Of a stretch of DNA of 64,000 nucleotides, positions 1 through 12,600 are shown piece by piece; positions within the stretch are counted from its first letter, which is position 1; every line of letters starts with the position of its first letter. The notes beneath the pieces were generated by a model. The model saw only the letters and a list, made by a program, of their open reading frames with translations. It ran no database searches and had not been told where the DNA came from. The translations under genes and the position numbers were made by a program. The DNA lies in the NCBI GenBank assembly GCA_013239625.1, contig MU054220.1, forward strand, positions 7,103,367 through 7,167,366, read 5' to 3'. The DNA is from Lama guanicoe. Lineage: Eukaryota.

Positions 1-174
1 ACCATATGTGGAAGTTGTTTTTGTTGGAGGTTTAGAAGGAAAGCTAGAATTTTCACAAAAATGTGCTTCAAAAGGGGGACAGACCATTGTAGCAAAAATA
101 AGGATGTTCACTCTTGGTTTTCTCAATGAATAACTGAAAAAAAAATCCAATATTTTATTTGAGAAAATCAGTAT

Positions 175-370
175 CCCTGTATGTTTTTTAACCTCAAAAA
201 AGTTGCTCAACCTCAATAAATCTATTCCCTCACCTGTAAAATGGGAACAATATTGGGTGTAACCTCACAGAGCTTTGGTGAGCATGCAGGGAGATAGTGT
301 ATGTGAAATGTTTGCATAGCATATATCATATGGGAAGCCCATAAAAATAGTAGCTCCCACTATTATATCA
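175..370 (+). mobile_element. MIR SINE (ancient, degraded)
   Basis: MIR core 'cctcacctgtaaaatgggaacaat...cctcacagagctttggtgag...gagatagtgtatgtgaaatgttt' and 3' 'ataaaaatagtagct'. Confidence 0.7.
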
Positions 371-1344
371 TTACTGTCAGTTCTTACATTTACTGAATTT
401 CCTCACTGTCTGTGCCTCACTGGAGAAATATGACAGTGCCTAATATTTGTTGAAAAGTAACATATAACTGTTGTTTTAGAACCATAATTATGATAATCTT
501 ATTCTTTCTTGGAGCCTGCAACACTTAACATTTGCTTTATCTTACAGTTTGAGATGCAGAGAAATAGGGACTGACTTGTAGACTTTTTATAGTCAGAATT
601 TATATTTTGTATTATTCATTCAGTACTCTGGGTTTGATGTAAAAACAGTAAGGAAAGAGAGAATAAGATAAAATGGAAAAAAAAAAAAAGAATGAAATAT
701 ATCCTAAGAGCTTCACCACGCTCAGATGCTGGAACACATGGAACTATAGTGTTGTTATTTGCAATAACCAAATGGGATTTTCTAATGACGTACATTTTTG
801 ATGTGTTTAATTCCATCTTAAAATCTGGGAACAATCTGACTACATTAAAACATTACTGTGCAAATTAAAAACACAATAAAATCACAGCACTGTGAATGCA
901 AGTCCACCAAAACTAAAAGTGCTTGAACTAAGTAAGCATGTGTGAATTTTTCTGAGGTTTTCCAATAACAAGTTTTGCTACCCATTTTATTATCTTTTAA
1001 TGAGCAAGCTGTTTAACACAATAAAAATTCATAAAAATGTATAACAAAATAATATAAACTGGAGTCAATATTATCAATCAGTTTCTCTCTTCTTTCCCTT
1101 CAAAATGGGAATACTGACATTGTTGGGTTATTTTTTCTTTCTTTCTTTCTTTTTTTTTTTTGTAGCTAGAAAACACAGTCCTATTTGTCAACCACCAGCG
1201 TTCCGCGTGAGCCTAGTTTCTGAATCACAACATAGAAGTATGAACAGCAAGGAGAAGCCCTACTTAAGGGTAAGGCGGGTTTATGTGGCTTTAATTGCAA
1301 CACTTTAAAAAAAGAGATAGCGGTGATATATTCCCATGGGTATA

Positions 1345-1560
1345 ATAAGAATCAACGGTGAGATTTAGCTGCCAAGAAAGCTAATTAGACAGCCTACATT
1401 ACCAGCAAAATTCTCTCTAGAGCAAAAGAAATGACATTTCTTCCTGCTCTGTAATCTAAAGGCAACACCTAGATTACCGGATTCAGTTCAGAATATAGAA
1501 CTTTAACTTGGGTAGAAATAAACAAGAGCACTTTCAGGAGTTTGCCACCAGTACCATGAA
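1345..1560 (+). mobile_element. L3/CR1 LINE ORF2 3' fragment (probably resumes at ~2480-2640 after the MER33/MER58 insertions)
   Basis: 'gaatcaacggtgagatttagctgccaagaaagctaat...cacctagattaccggattcagttcag...gagcactttcaggag' tracks the L3/CR1 consensus as I recall it. Confidence 0.55.
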
Positions 1561-1757
1561 CAGCAAGCACCAACATGTGCCTCGTTTCTACACCCTGAAA
1601 ACCGAGACCCCCAAACCCAGCAAACCTCTCTTGATACAGTCCTCCATTCATCAGGAAAGGGGGGAATCAAAGAGGACGGGGCAGAGTGAACTCAATAAAA
1701 TGTAAACGTGCTATTTAGTAGCTGGAGATCCAACCGAACGCCTATTGGCTACACCTA

Positions 1758-2058
1758 CAGAGCTCAGTATGGTAGCTGCCAGCCATAGGTGGTCATGAGA
1801 ACTTGAAATATGGCTAGTCTGAATGGATAGGAGCTATAGATGAAATGCACACTAACTTTTAAGGTTTCGGTATTAAAAGATGTAAAATATTGCACTCTCA
1901 ATTTTTATATTGATTACATGTCAAGATCACGTTTGGGGCATCTTGACTTAAAACAGATCATTTCATTTTACTCATTTCTGTTTACAGTTTTTAATGTGGC
2001 TACTGAAAAATTTAAAATACATTTGTGCTTTATGTTATGTTTCTATTGGACAACATTT
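1758..2058 (-). mobile_element. MER33 (hAT-Charlie non-autonomous DNA transposon)
   Basis: 'acttgaaatatggctagt', 'ttttatattgattacatg', 'tttttaatgtggctactgaaaaatttaaaat' and 'ttctattggacaac' match the reverse complement of MER33. Confidence 0.75.
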
Positions 2059-2066
2059 TTCTAGAC

Positions 2067-2352
2067 TGGGGTCAGCAATTTTTTTTTCTCTAAAGAGAAA
2101 TATTTTAGGCTTGTCTCTGTCACAATTACTGAACTCTGTATAGCACAATAGCAGTTATAGGCAATATGTAAACAATGTATGTGGCTGTGCTCCAATGAAA
2201 CTTTATTTATGGACACTAAATTTTAAATGCCATACATTTTCATGTGCTATGAAATATTGCTTTTTTCTTTTTTCTAACAATTTACAAATGCAAAAGCTAT
2301 TCTTTGGCATATAAAGACAGACTGCCTATAGACCATAGCTTGCCAACCTCTG
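2067..2352 (+). mobile_element. MER58 (B-like) hAT-Charlie element
   Basis: Ends 'tggggtcagcaa' ... 'ttgccaacctctg'; internal 'gtgtggctgtgctccaatgaaactttatttatggacact'-like motif; 8-bp TSD ttctagac at 2059-2066 and 2353-2360. Confidence 0.8.
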
Positions 2353-4467
2353 TTCTAGACCTTACTCTGCATTTATTAATTTTGGCTCTTACTAAAATGA
2401 CCTAATCTATATCCTCATCTAAAACTTGTGATGTTTATAACTTAATTATAGAGTGTCCCCCTCTCCCCCAAGGTATGAGAGTTTCAAGTGAAGTGGCAGG
2501 TAAATAACTTTACAACTTGACACAAAGATAAAATTGGCCAAGAATAAAATAAACTGCTCCTAAAAGCAGTAATTTTCTGATACTAAATGTGTATAAACAG
2601 AAGGAAATTTCTAGGAAAGCATTTAGTAGAAGAAAATGAAATAACTAGATGTGATTTAATTAAACGTATAACTTCCTTTCAAATCCCAAACACATTTTGT
2701 TTGGTTTTGTTGTTATATGTTAACTCAATTTTAGTTGAAATGTTGTGGGCAAAATTCAACAAAAGATCTCAGAGTTCAGGTTCTGGACCCTATCACAGGA
2801 GTAAGCAATTTATTATGTTGAAAATCGTCGGTTCATAGAAGATTTTTGTCGGAATCTCAAATCTGATGGATTGCACTTCTTCCCATTTGGTGTAGAAAAT
2901 GATAAAGTTTTAACACATGAGATTCTGGGAAGTGGACTGGTATCATTCTTCTTTTTATTTATCAATGAAATAATAATGAATTCTCTGCAATTTATTTGAA
3001 CACACAACGAATGACTGGAAATAAGTTGATAATATTTTAAGTTGTACTTTTAATAAGTACCTCTCCAGTGTTTTCATCCTCTTTGCTAATTTCTTCATGC
3101 TCTTCAGCTGAGTCTTAACTATAGCACATATGATGCAATTACTGAGTTTAAATTTTGGGGTGAATAAATTGGTCTCAGTCGCTAATGGATTCTTTATACT
3201 GATTGAATTTGCCTGTCGAATTGGTTTAAATTGCCCGACCATACTTCAAGGTTAAATACAAAAGTATGTCGAGCTATTAATTCTGTGTTGCTGTTGTTGG
3301 TTTGAATGATGTAGGTAGTTGAAGCTAGAACAGGAGATTAAATTAATTTCTGCCTTCACCTTGGCCCAGCCTTTTTCTGTGTGTAATGTTATCTGTGACA
3401 TTTGTCCTCATTCTGAGAGAAAATGAGGAAAACTCACCAGAATGAAAGACCAGCCCTCATTAAACTGATGATTTTTAGGGAGATTTCCTTTGATCCCATG
3501 CAGTGAAATGTTACCTTCCTGAAGGTTGAGTTTAGCAATGAGAAATCCAAAACTGAAAGCACACCGACCCAAATCAATCAGATCATCCTATTTCAAGGAC
3601 AAAAAAGACAAAAAAAAAAATAGAGTATCTTCCAGCTGCTGACAAAGAAGTCAACCTGTCTGAGCTACAGTTCGGTCCCGTGTGTGAGGAGCGAATATTC
3701 CCCATGGCGGCTCTGCTTTCTCAAATCCACGTGTGCTCCACATTTACAACTTTGTTCTGCAGGCTGAAAGAAATGGGGGAGTTCTTACTTTTCAGATGAT
3801 TAAATCCAATCCTATGCAAATGTCCTTTGAGGCTAGACCATAAGACGCTCTCAAAGTCTCTCCAGAGAGTAAAATTTCAGTTGCAGTCAACTCTAATCCT
3901 TAAAGCTTTTATGAAAACTTAGGTGGGAGACAGGACAACTAAGCCTTTGCAAACAAGCTTCGAGAGACTATTATGTAGCCCACATCCATCATCCTCCGTG
4001 TATCCCCTGCTACACACAAATTCATCTCAGTGACAGGGAGGAGGAGCTCACATCGATTTTCTTCATCTCTTTGGGGACAGAACTTCAAAATTGGTCAATT
4101 ACAGTATTGCATATTTCCTTGTTACCAGCCTCAGCATACAACAGTTGTCCTAACTAGTAGGCAGAAGCGTGTTTTATCCAGTTACTGCGTATATTCTTGT
4201 TTGTTTTGTAAATCAAAATTAGAAGTCAGCTTTTGTATCCAATACATATTTTAGAAAAAAATATTTTGTTCGATTGTATTTTGTGGTTATGAAAGTAAGA
4301 TATGCACCCTCTGGAGACTTTGGAAAATACTGAAATATAGTTTTAAAAAATCCTTCATAGCAAGGTTTACAGATTTGTAGAATCTATACAGAAATAACCA
4401 CTACACAGAAATAACCACTATTTATTTTTAAGTAAATTACTTTTCAGTATTTTTTAATACTTTTGCA

Positions 4468-5790
4468 TTAATTTATTCAGTTAATGTATATAATGCCTAA
4501 TACATACCAGGCATCACACTGCCATTTGGAGACACGATGGTGAGTGAAAGAGATGTTTTTGCTTTCACAAAATGTATCATTTAGCCAGAGACAAACAAAC
4601 AAATGCAAAATAACATGCTTTGTGCTTTAACAGAATGAGACAGAATAATCACACATGGGAGGAAAAAAGAGCCCAGACGTAGGAGACAACAGGGAAGGTT
4701 TGTGGGAAAAATATTGAGTTTAGGCCTGAGATTGGATAGCATGTGGGCAGACAGAGAGGAAGGAAGGAGGTGGAAAAGTATATTGATCAAGAGGAAAGGC
4801 TCAGATAAAAGGTCTGGTGGGTGTTTCAGGAAGTAAACAGCTGGTGATTATAGATTATAGCTCCAGAAGGTGAAGAGGAGATTTGAAAAAAAGTGAGACC
4901 AAGGCAGTGACAGGAGCAATACTCCAGCAGTCCATGGAGGTCATGTAGATTACTTAGGCTAGATGCCAAGAGACTCTAAAAAGAGGCCCTATGTATAGCA
5001 TCTCAAACTAGAGGGATGCCCATTGCCCTCTTACGTACCCACACAGAGAAAACTGAGCTGTCAGTGTGGGTAGCCAGCTCTGTTCTACCAAATCACCTAG
5101 AGACTCAAGTTCCTTCTTTCTCGGGGTGCTCTCATTCCCTAGGGTGCTGTCCGTGTGGTCACATGATCCAGGTTAGCTCCCTTGCACTGCATCTAGTTTC
5201 CATTCACCCAGGAAGAAATGAAGAAATAGACAATGTCCTTTTAAGGAACTGACGTAAAAGTGTATAGGTTCCGTTGTTGAGAACTTGATCACATAAGCAC
5301 CGTGGAAAACAGTCCCTCCGTTTGCAACAACCAAATGCCTGCTAACGTAAAATCTGAAAGAAAGACTCTGTACTAAAAAGAAAAACAGGAGGATATTTAC
5401 CTCACTGTGGTATGAAGTCTGGATTGTATTTTAAGAATAACAGAAGGCCATTGAAAATTTTGAACATGGGGATATTATTTTTAGACCTAGATTGTAGAAC
5501 TTGACTGTATAGAGGAAGATGAGTTGGAGGCTCACAGGGATGGAGACAGGACTACTGGATGGGAGGCTGTGCAACGAAAAAAGTATTCAGGCAAGGGATA
5601 ATGGCATCATGGGCTAGGACAGAGGCAGAGGAATTATGAGGAAAGGAGCAGTTCATTTATGAGTCAGAATGAGTCATTTCTGAGACTGAATTGCGGGGCT
5701 GGATGCATCGTTTAATATGAAGGGTAATCATGAGGGAGACTGAGAAGTCAAAATGTCTGGTTTGGTGACTGGTCAGATGGCGCCATTCAC
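4468..5790 (-). mobile_element. L2 LINE 3' portion, interrupted by an MLT1-like LTR remnant (~4990-5400)
   Basis: L2 3' end 'ttattcagttaatgtat...taccaggcatc...ggagacacgatggtgagtgaaa' followed by purine-rich L2 body ('ccattgaaaattttgaacatggg', 'gggaggctgt...caggcaagggataatgg'). Confidence 0.6.
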
Positions 5791-5794
5791 TGCT

Positions 5795-6260
5795 TGTTAT
5801 CCATAGGTTTTGCACTGTTTTAAAGAACACCATAAAACCTAATAGCTTAAAATGACAGCTCTGTATTTAGCTTTGATTGTGTGACTCAACTGGGCAAGAC
5901 TCAACTAAGCTGAATACTGCTCATTTTAGCTGAACTCATGCATCTTAAGCCACCTGTGGGTCAACTAGGATTCTGGAGGTGAAGTGATGTGACAAGAGCA
6001 TCTTGGCCAATTAGCTTGGTGCCAACAGATTCCAAGAGCACAAGGAAGGGAAAGGACGCTATGCCTGAGCACTTTTGAAGTCTCTGCTGTGGTCCTGTAT
6101 GCTTTGGTCTCATTGAGCAACACAAGGCACGGGCCCACACCCAGGCACTGTGGGAGGCAGCTGTGGAAATCTGAGGGCTATCACCGCAAGAATCTGTGGA
6201 CCTGATACAGAAAACTGTACACACAGTGCAGGGGAAAAATTTCACTGGAGTTGAATTTTG
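5795..6260 (-). mobile_element. MLT1-family (ERVL-MaLR) solo LTR, degraded
   Basis: 'aaaacctaatagcttaaaatgacag...tatttagct', 'gagcacttttgaagtctctgct', 'cattgagcaacacaaggcacgggcc' are typical MLT1 motifs. Confidence 0.55.
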
Positions 6261-6303
6261 GAGGTTCGGAGGGTGGAGTTTATTTCTGGGAACCACTTCT
6301 GTG

Positions 6304-6417
6304 TTTTTTTGGGGGGGAGGTAGGTTTATTTATTTATTTTAATGGAGGTACTGGGGATTGAACTCAGGACCTTGTGCACGCTAAGCACACAGTCTACCGC
6401 TAAGCTATACCCTCCCC
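6304..6417 (-). mobile_element. Camelid tRNA-Ala-derived SINE (Vic-1 type)
   Basis: Reverse complement reads GGGGAGGGTATAGCTTAGCGGTAGACTGTGTGCTTAGCGTGCACAAGGTCCTGAGTTCAATCCCCAGTACCTCCATTAAAATAAATAAATAAACCTACCTCCCCCCC plus A-tail; A and B boxes present. Confidence 0.85.
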
Positions 6418-7684
6418 TGCCAGTTCTGCATAATTCTGAACATCACTTCACCTCTTTGGACTTGGCTTTCTGCATCCCTGGAGAATAAGCTTGATTGGCC
6501 CCAATGTCCTTTCCCTCTCTAATGTTTATGACACACGCTGATTAGTGTTTTGTTTCTGATAGTGTAAACAGAAGGCCATTTTGAAGCTTAGACTGTCAGA
6601 TCTGATTTCTTTCAAATAGAGGATGAGAAAAGGACTGAAGTAGCTAAAGTCTTTGTCCTACTGGATTTTTCTGTTCTGTTGACCTGTGATTCCACAATTT
6701 GGCACCATCTGTCCAATGGTGAGAGGCCACATTGTCCTTATGTTAAGGTTGATTTGTTTATGGAAACAAGTGTGTCAGCATTAGTCAGCAAATAAAGGCT
6801 CTTATTCTGTATTACTTTTCATTTAAAAAAATAGATGCATGATAATTTTAAAATGTGTTCTTTACTGTTCATCACGTCTTGGGGAACCTAGATTATTTTC
6901 TAGGTTCTATTTGTGACCTGTTTAGTAACTCCAACGATAAATCTTTGACTAGCCAACTTGATTTGTCTAAAGTTGGCACTTTAATTCCTGCCTAATTATG
7001 ATATCCACTGTTGTGGAAACACTTCTTACCAGAACCACTCAGCTTGTACTGTGTACCACATGTCAAGGAACTCTATGAAACCATATAATGTGATTTTAGA
7101 GCTAGAATAAACAACATAAATAATTTTACTCAAATCACTAGTTGTATAGGAGGAAAATAACACCCAGAAAACATAAGCATATTGAGTCAAGTCATATGGT
7201 GAGAAGACCATACAAATCACAACTCACACTTAGGTTCAACTTCATCCCAAAAATCAGCCTGGACTGGAGTCATTTGATTACCTATCGTACACAAGAAGTT
7301 GCAAGAATAGTTTCTGCTAAGGCCATTGTAAGCAGACTGGAGGTAATGTGTGGTGCAACTGGCCTCATTATTACATATCTACCTTCTACCAACCATTAGG
7401 ACAAGCTACTCACTGTCTTTGACGCGCCTGATGCTGGACTCAGTCCATAAGAGACTCTCCAAAAAGTGTTAGTTCTTTCCTTTCCCCCTTGTATGTACAT
7501 CAGCTCTCTGGCTCATTTGGGATGGTCTTGGATTGACTGTTGTTTGGGGGAAGATTGATATAAATGAACAAATTTTTTGTTATCTGTTTTGATAAAGTGA
7601 AGAAGACTTTGTGTTCCTTGTTTAATAACTGTCTAAGTGAATCCTTATACTATCTCTAGATGTTGTGTCTTCTAGAAAGTTAAT

Positions 7685-7840
7685 GGCTGGAGTATTGAAC
7701 TGGGTCAAGAGCTATGGATTCTAGTTCCATTTTGTCATTAGTAAACTCTGTAGTTGTTAAGCCTCAGTTTCCTCCTCTCAAATGGGAATAAAACATGTCT
7801 GCCTGGCCAACTTTACAGGGTAGTTATAAGGGTCAAAAAT
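7685..7840 (+). mobile_element. MIR SINE
   Basis: 'aagcctcagtttcctcctctcaaatgggaataaaa...tttacagggtagttataagggtcaaa' MIR core. Confidence 0.7.
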
Positions 7841-8859
7841 TTGTTTTGAAAACAAAAAGTACCAAGTACCCTACAAAAATATGAACTTATTATTGAAACA
7901 TCTAAAATAAATATTTTTCAAATAATCAGAGCATAATATGACACTAACTTTTATTACATCGTCAAATAGAGACCAGAAAAAGGCATACTGTAAACACATA
8001 GTGAAACCCAGTTTGCCATTGGGATCCTGGAAATGAAAGACTCCTTCAATGCTGGGCGAGAGAGGAGACCTCTGACCTCTATTTCTATTCAATGTTCTCT
8101 TCTCAAATGTTTATCTGAAACTCCAGCATCTATGGTTCAGTTAACTGAATTTCCTTCACTTTAAACCTCCCTACCCATTTTCCCATGTTTTCAGTCCCTC
8201 TCCTCTTTGTCTGAAGGCTGCAAGAGGTATTGATATGTATTTCAAAAGAAATGTAGTATTTCATTTCATTTCATAGAGAGTGATGCAGGTACCAAATCCA
8301 ACAAGAAACACACACACACAACAGCTCTGGCTGTAGTTCCTTATGAATTATCAGATTACGAATTTATACATGCAGTCTTCATATTCATCGCATTAGGTTT
8401 CCCTTTCCTGCCAGAAAATGTGCACCTGCGTTGGGCTAGAGAGGGGAAAGAACACCCTCGTGGAATATTCCTCAGTCAGAAGAGAGGGGCTGTCCGTCTC
8501 GCTTTAGATTTGATGAGCCACTGATTTGTGATAGTTTCATTTCAGTTTCATTACTGGGCAACCAGAATGAATTGACAGAGAAAGCAATCAACACATGACG
8601 CACCCACTGGAACCTCTAATATGAAGTGTTGGCTGCTTCTGTCAACACAGCCAATTACCAAAGGTACTCAAAGGATAAGTGATAGCCAAAATAAACCACA
8701 TGGTTCCATGGACCACATCCTGCATAACTATTAGTGAGTGCAGAGTAGACACAGGATGACAGACTGCTTCATCAGGATAACATTTCAGGTGAATGCCCTG
8801 TCTGTTCTGCGTTCTCCAAGCAAACACAGATGTTTGTGGTAAGATAAGCGCTTAATCTG

Positions 8860-8897
8860 GTGTGTGTGTGTGTGTGTGTGCTCGCGTGTGCGTGCAC
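8860..8897. repeat. (TG)n microsatellite
   Basis: Direct reading: tgtgtgtgtgtgtgtgtgtg followed by a degenerate tg/cg run. Confidence 0.9.
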
Positions 8898-9198
8898 AGG
8901 AAAAAAAAGAGAGAGGGAGGGAGAAAGAGATTGACTACATACTGATGCCAGGGTGTAAGAAATACATCAGGAAAAACAATTTTTTAAAATAATTGAATTT
9001 AATCCTTCCCACCATGTGGGTTGCTTTCTGTGCTAGAGCATGAGTTTGACAGAGGAAATATAGACTCAGACTTCTGGGAACTTATTGATTCATGCCTTGC
9101 AAACAGCCAACAATTATTCTTTCATTTAACAAATATTTATTGAGCAGTTGCTATGTGCAGACACTCTGTACTAACTAAGCAATGGAGATATAATGTTT

Positions 9199-9609
9199 AA
9201 AACAAAATTAATCCTCCCATTTGCAACAACATGGATGGACTTTGAGTGCATTATGCTAAGTGAGATAAGTCAGAGAAAGACAAGTACTGTATGACATCAC
9301 TTTATATGTAGAATCTAAAAAAGTTAAACCTGTGAAAAACAAAGTAAAATGGTGGTTACCAGGGGATTTGAGAGCGTGATAAGACTGATGGTGTTTGGAG
9401 GTACAAACTTGTAATAAGTAGTAAATAAGTCATAGAGATCTAATGTGCAGTACAGTGAACATAGACAATAATATTGTACTGTAATATACATTGTGATAAA
9501 TATCGCTATGCGGAAAATCACATTACAGTATACAGATGTATTAGAGTAATGTGCTGTACACCTTAAACTTACACAATGTTACATGCTAAATGTATTCAAT
9601 TAAAGAAAA
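9199..9609 (+). mobile_element. 5'-truncated L1 3' end, inserted into an L2 tail (~9118-9650, minus)
   Basis: 'ccatttgcaacaacatggatggactttgagtgcattatgctaagtgagataagtcagagaaagacaagtactgtatg' and A-rich end; left flank 'ttcatttaacaaatatttattgagc' is an L2 3' terminus. Confidence 0.8.
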
Positions 9610-12600
9610 GATAGACGTGATACTTTTCCACCTGGAATTTATAGTTTGTAAAGGGAGAAAGAAAATTTGGAAATCTGAGCCCCTCTCGTGTGGGACAAGG
9701 GAAGTATAGGATGCTATCTGAGATCCTAATCCAGATGTTGAAATCAATGAAGATTTTAGAAGGAGGGGATGTCCAACCCAAGACCTAGGAGTTAGCCAGA
9801 GAAACTGGGAAAGCAATGATGACTCCTTGCAGTTAAAACAACACCAGTAAAAGTGTGATGGCAAGAAGTGTTCGTCATTTTGTCAGAGTATCTAGAGGTT
9901 CATCGGTGTTGGGGAGGGGCAGGAAGAGGTAATAATGGAAAGGTAGGCAGAGAACACATCCAGATGGCTGTAAAATTGGATTTTATCCAGTAAGTAGTGA
10001 CATATGGAAGGATTTTGACCTGTGAAATAGCACAGCCAGATAAACTGTAGTAAATCTAATCATTGCTGTATACAGCTATGTGCATGTGTGCATGCACACA
10101 TATGCATACTTTAAATGCAATTTAAAAATAATTCTGGGAACACAAAGGTGGAGGAAAACAACTATTTGGAGAATTTGGTGAAATATTTAAAGATAATGGA
10201 ACTTCTAATTTGATTCTTGAACTCTTGTCACTGCATAGTGTTGCAATGTACAGTGCAGCAACAACCCAGTGATGGGGGAACCTCTGCCCACACCTGGGGT
10301 AATTGGTGTGGGCTTACAGCGTGCCAGGCACTCTGCTGTGGTCTGAGGAAATCACAAGGTCATCAGAAAATCAGACTTTTCCTCTTGAGGGCTTCCTTTC
10401 AGCCTGCTGAGGAAGACACGTCTGTATCTGTCTGTTCTCTGTGAATTGCGGGGAAATTGGATACAGTGCATCTGAGGATTATCTGCAGCCTTAGAAAGTA
10501 TGCCTTGAAATGAACTTTAGGCAGTTTTCTTAGAATCTCCACCATTGGTCTTAATTTTATCCTTTGTACACATATGTTTTGAAAATCTAAAATGTCTTCC
10601 ATAGGTTGGTGTGCTGTGTACTTGAAGTGATAAAATGCCCCTTCTTTTTGGTGTTTTCTTGTGGTCTTAAAGGCTAAACTGCCCCGGTTCCTCTAGCTAC
10701 CACTCATGGGACATGACGGCTTGTGGTGGTTCCATTTCACTTTCATTACAAGTGAAAACTTGGTTGACAGAGAAAGCCATTGGCACATGACATTACCACT
10801 GTAACGTCTACTGTAATCTGTTGGTTGTTTCGGCTAGTCCGCCTCCCATCCTGGCTCTTGCACTTAATTACACACTGATCTGTCTTAGAGTTTGGTTCTA
10901 GTTCAGAAATCATGTTCCTTAGGATATTATTTCAATAAAGGACATAGCTTTTTCCACCACTAATTACTTGGAGGGTTATCTGTAAGAGTCAGTGTTCAGA
11001 AGTAGCTTTGATGTCTTCAGGAAATTGGCTTAGAAATGATATATTCACAACCATTGACAACAATGATGATGACTTTACTGCTGATTTGTTGAGATGACTG
11101 ATTAGTGGGCCATTTGTAGAGACCCCCTCTCCTTGTTTTCATGCTACTTGTGTGTTAACTTCGATTTTAATAGTGTGGTGTCTAGAACCAGGTCCTCGGG
11201 TGCTCTTCATCCCCCTTCATCTGAGTCTTGACTGCATATTTAAGCTTTGTTTAGCATCCATAGCTGGTCTGTGGCTCAACTGGTGATGTTTTTCTCTTCA
11301 GGACGTGTAATACATCATTAAAGGAAACACATCAGAGGATAGTAGCCGTGAGAAATAAGAAAACAGAAATAACCAAAGTTCCAGGTACAAGTTTCCATTA
11401 TTATTAGATACAACATTGCTAGGTTTACTCACATGTTCAACAGAGGTTTAGTGAGCATTTGTTCACATTTTACATAAAACAAGACCAATAAAGGTTTATT
11501 GAGCTCTGAGTATGTACCGTACCAGACGCTGGAGTACATCGGTGACCCAGGCACCCATAGTCCTCAACTCATGGAGCTTATATTCCAGTTGGTAAAATAG
11601 ATACCATTCAAATAAATACACAGGATATTTTTCAGTTTCTGATGTGTCCTATAAAGGTAGCAATTCATGGATTGGCTTATACTCTTCTGACCTACTTCCC
11701 CATTCACAGTATTTTTCTCTCTTTTATTCAAAATTATATCTTACTCTTTAGATTGCTCCACCACCTTTTATCTCAAGTAATCAAGGTATCATACTTTTCT
11801 TTCTAAGTAAAAAATAAACTTCAGCGATATCATTATAATCTCTCCATAGTCTATAATTGCATAAAAGTACCACAATTATTCCAAAATACCATCTTTGGGG
11901 AAATGTAGGCTATTTCTGTCTTTTCCATATTATAAGCATTCTTTTGATACTCATCCTTACAATTACAAAACACATACATCTTAATTATTGCATCGTTATA
12001 TTTTCCAAAGGGAGCATTACAGTGTCATAAGTTATCTCGATACAAATTACAAAATTGCCTTCCAGAAAAGTTAGATCATTTTTTCACCAGAACTATTTGG
12101 AAGTGCTTATTTTCCTACAACCTTGCCCACACTGGTATTTAAATTTTATTTTTCATTTTAATTCTTAAATATCCTTTGCGAATTATCTGACATATTAGGC
12201 TGCTACACTTTTCACCATCCTGACCACATGCTTCTCATTCTCAGCCTGCTGCTGGCAGATGTTCTTGGGACAGTGGTCCAAGTAGACACAATTTTGCTTC
12301 CCTCGACATCAGTTCAGGAGCTTCTCCCAGTGCTGCGTCCTCATGAAAGAAGTTTCCCTGTCTGCAACATGCCTTTTATTCACCCACTACTTCCTGCCCT
12401 TCCAGCTTATCAACGTTTATCCTTGGACAAAAAAAGAGACAAAGGAGGTTTTAATTTTAATTTTTGTTTGGTAACCATGGAGAGATGATGATGTAGGTAC
12501 TGAGGGTTCCATTACTCAGAGCTGTAAATTTCATGTGTATAAGTTCTTCAAAAGTTTTTTTTTTTCTTTCTTGTCACAGCAAAGCTCTTTCACTTTCTTC

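Noticed and set aside
4388..4420. 17-bp-period micro-duplication (acagaaataaccacta x2)
   Set aside because: Ordinary replication slippage product.
7094..7107. TTTTAGAGCTAGAA, resembling the start of the SpCas9 repeat/sgRNA scaffold
   Set aside because: Single 14-nt match with no remaining scaffold and no array; chance in AT-rich mammalian DNA.
10084..10101. Perfect 18-bp palindrome atgtgtgcatgcacacat
   Set aside because: Part of a low-complexity purine/pyrimidine alternating repeat.
11063..11101. Box C (ATGATGA) and box D (CTGA) motifs
   Set aside because: Only ~40 nt apart with a minimal terminal stem; too short for a C/D snoRNA.
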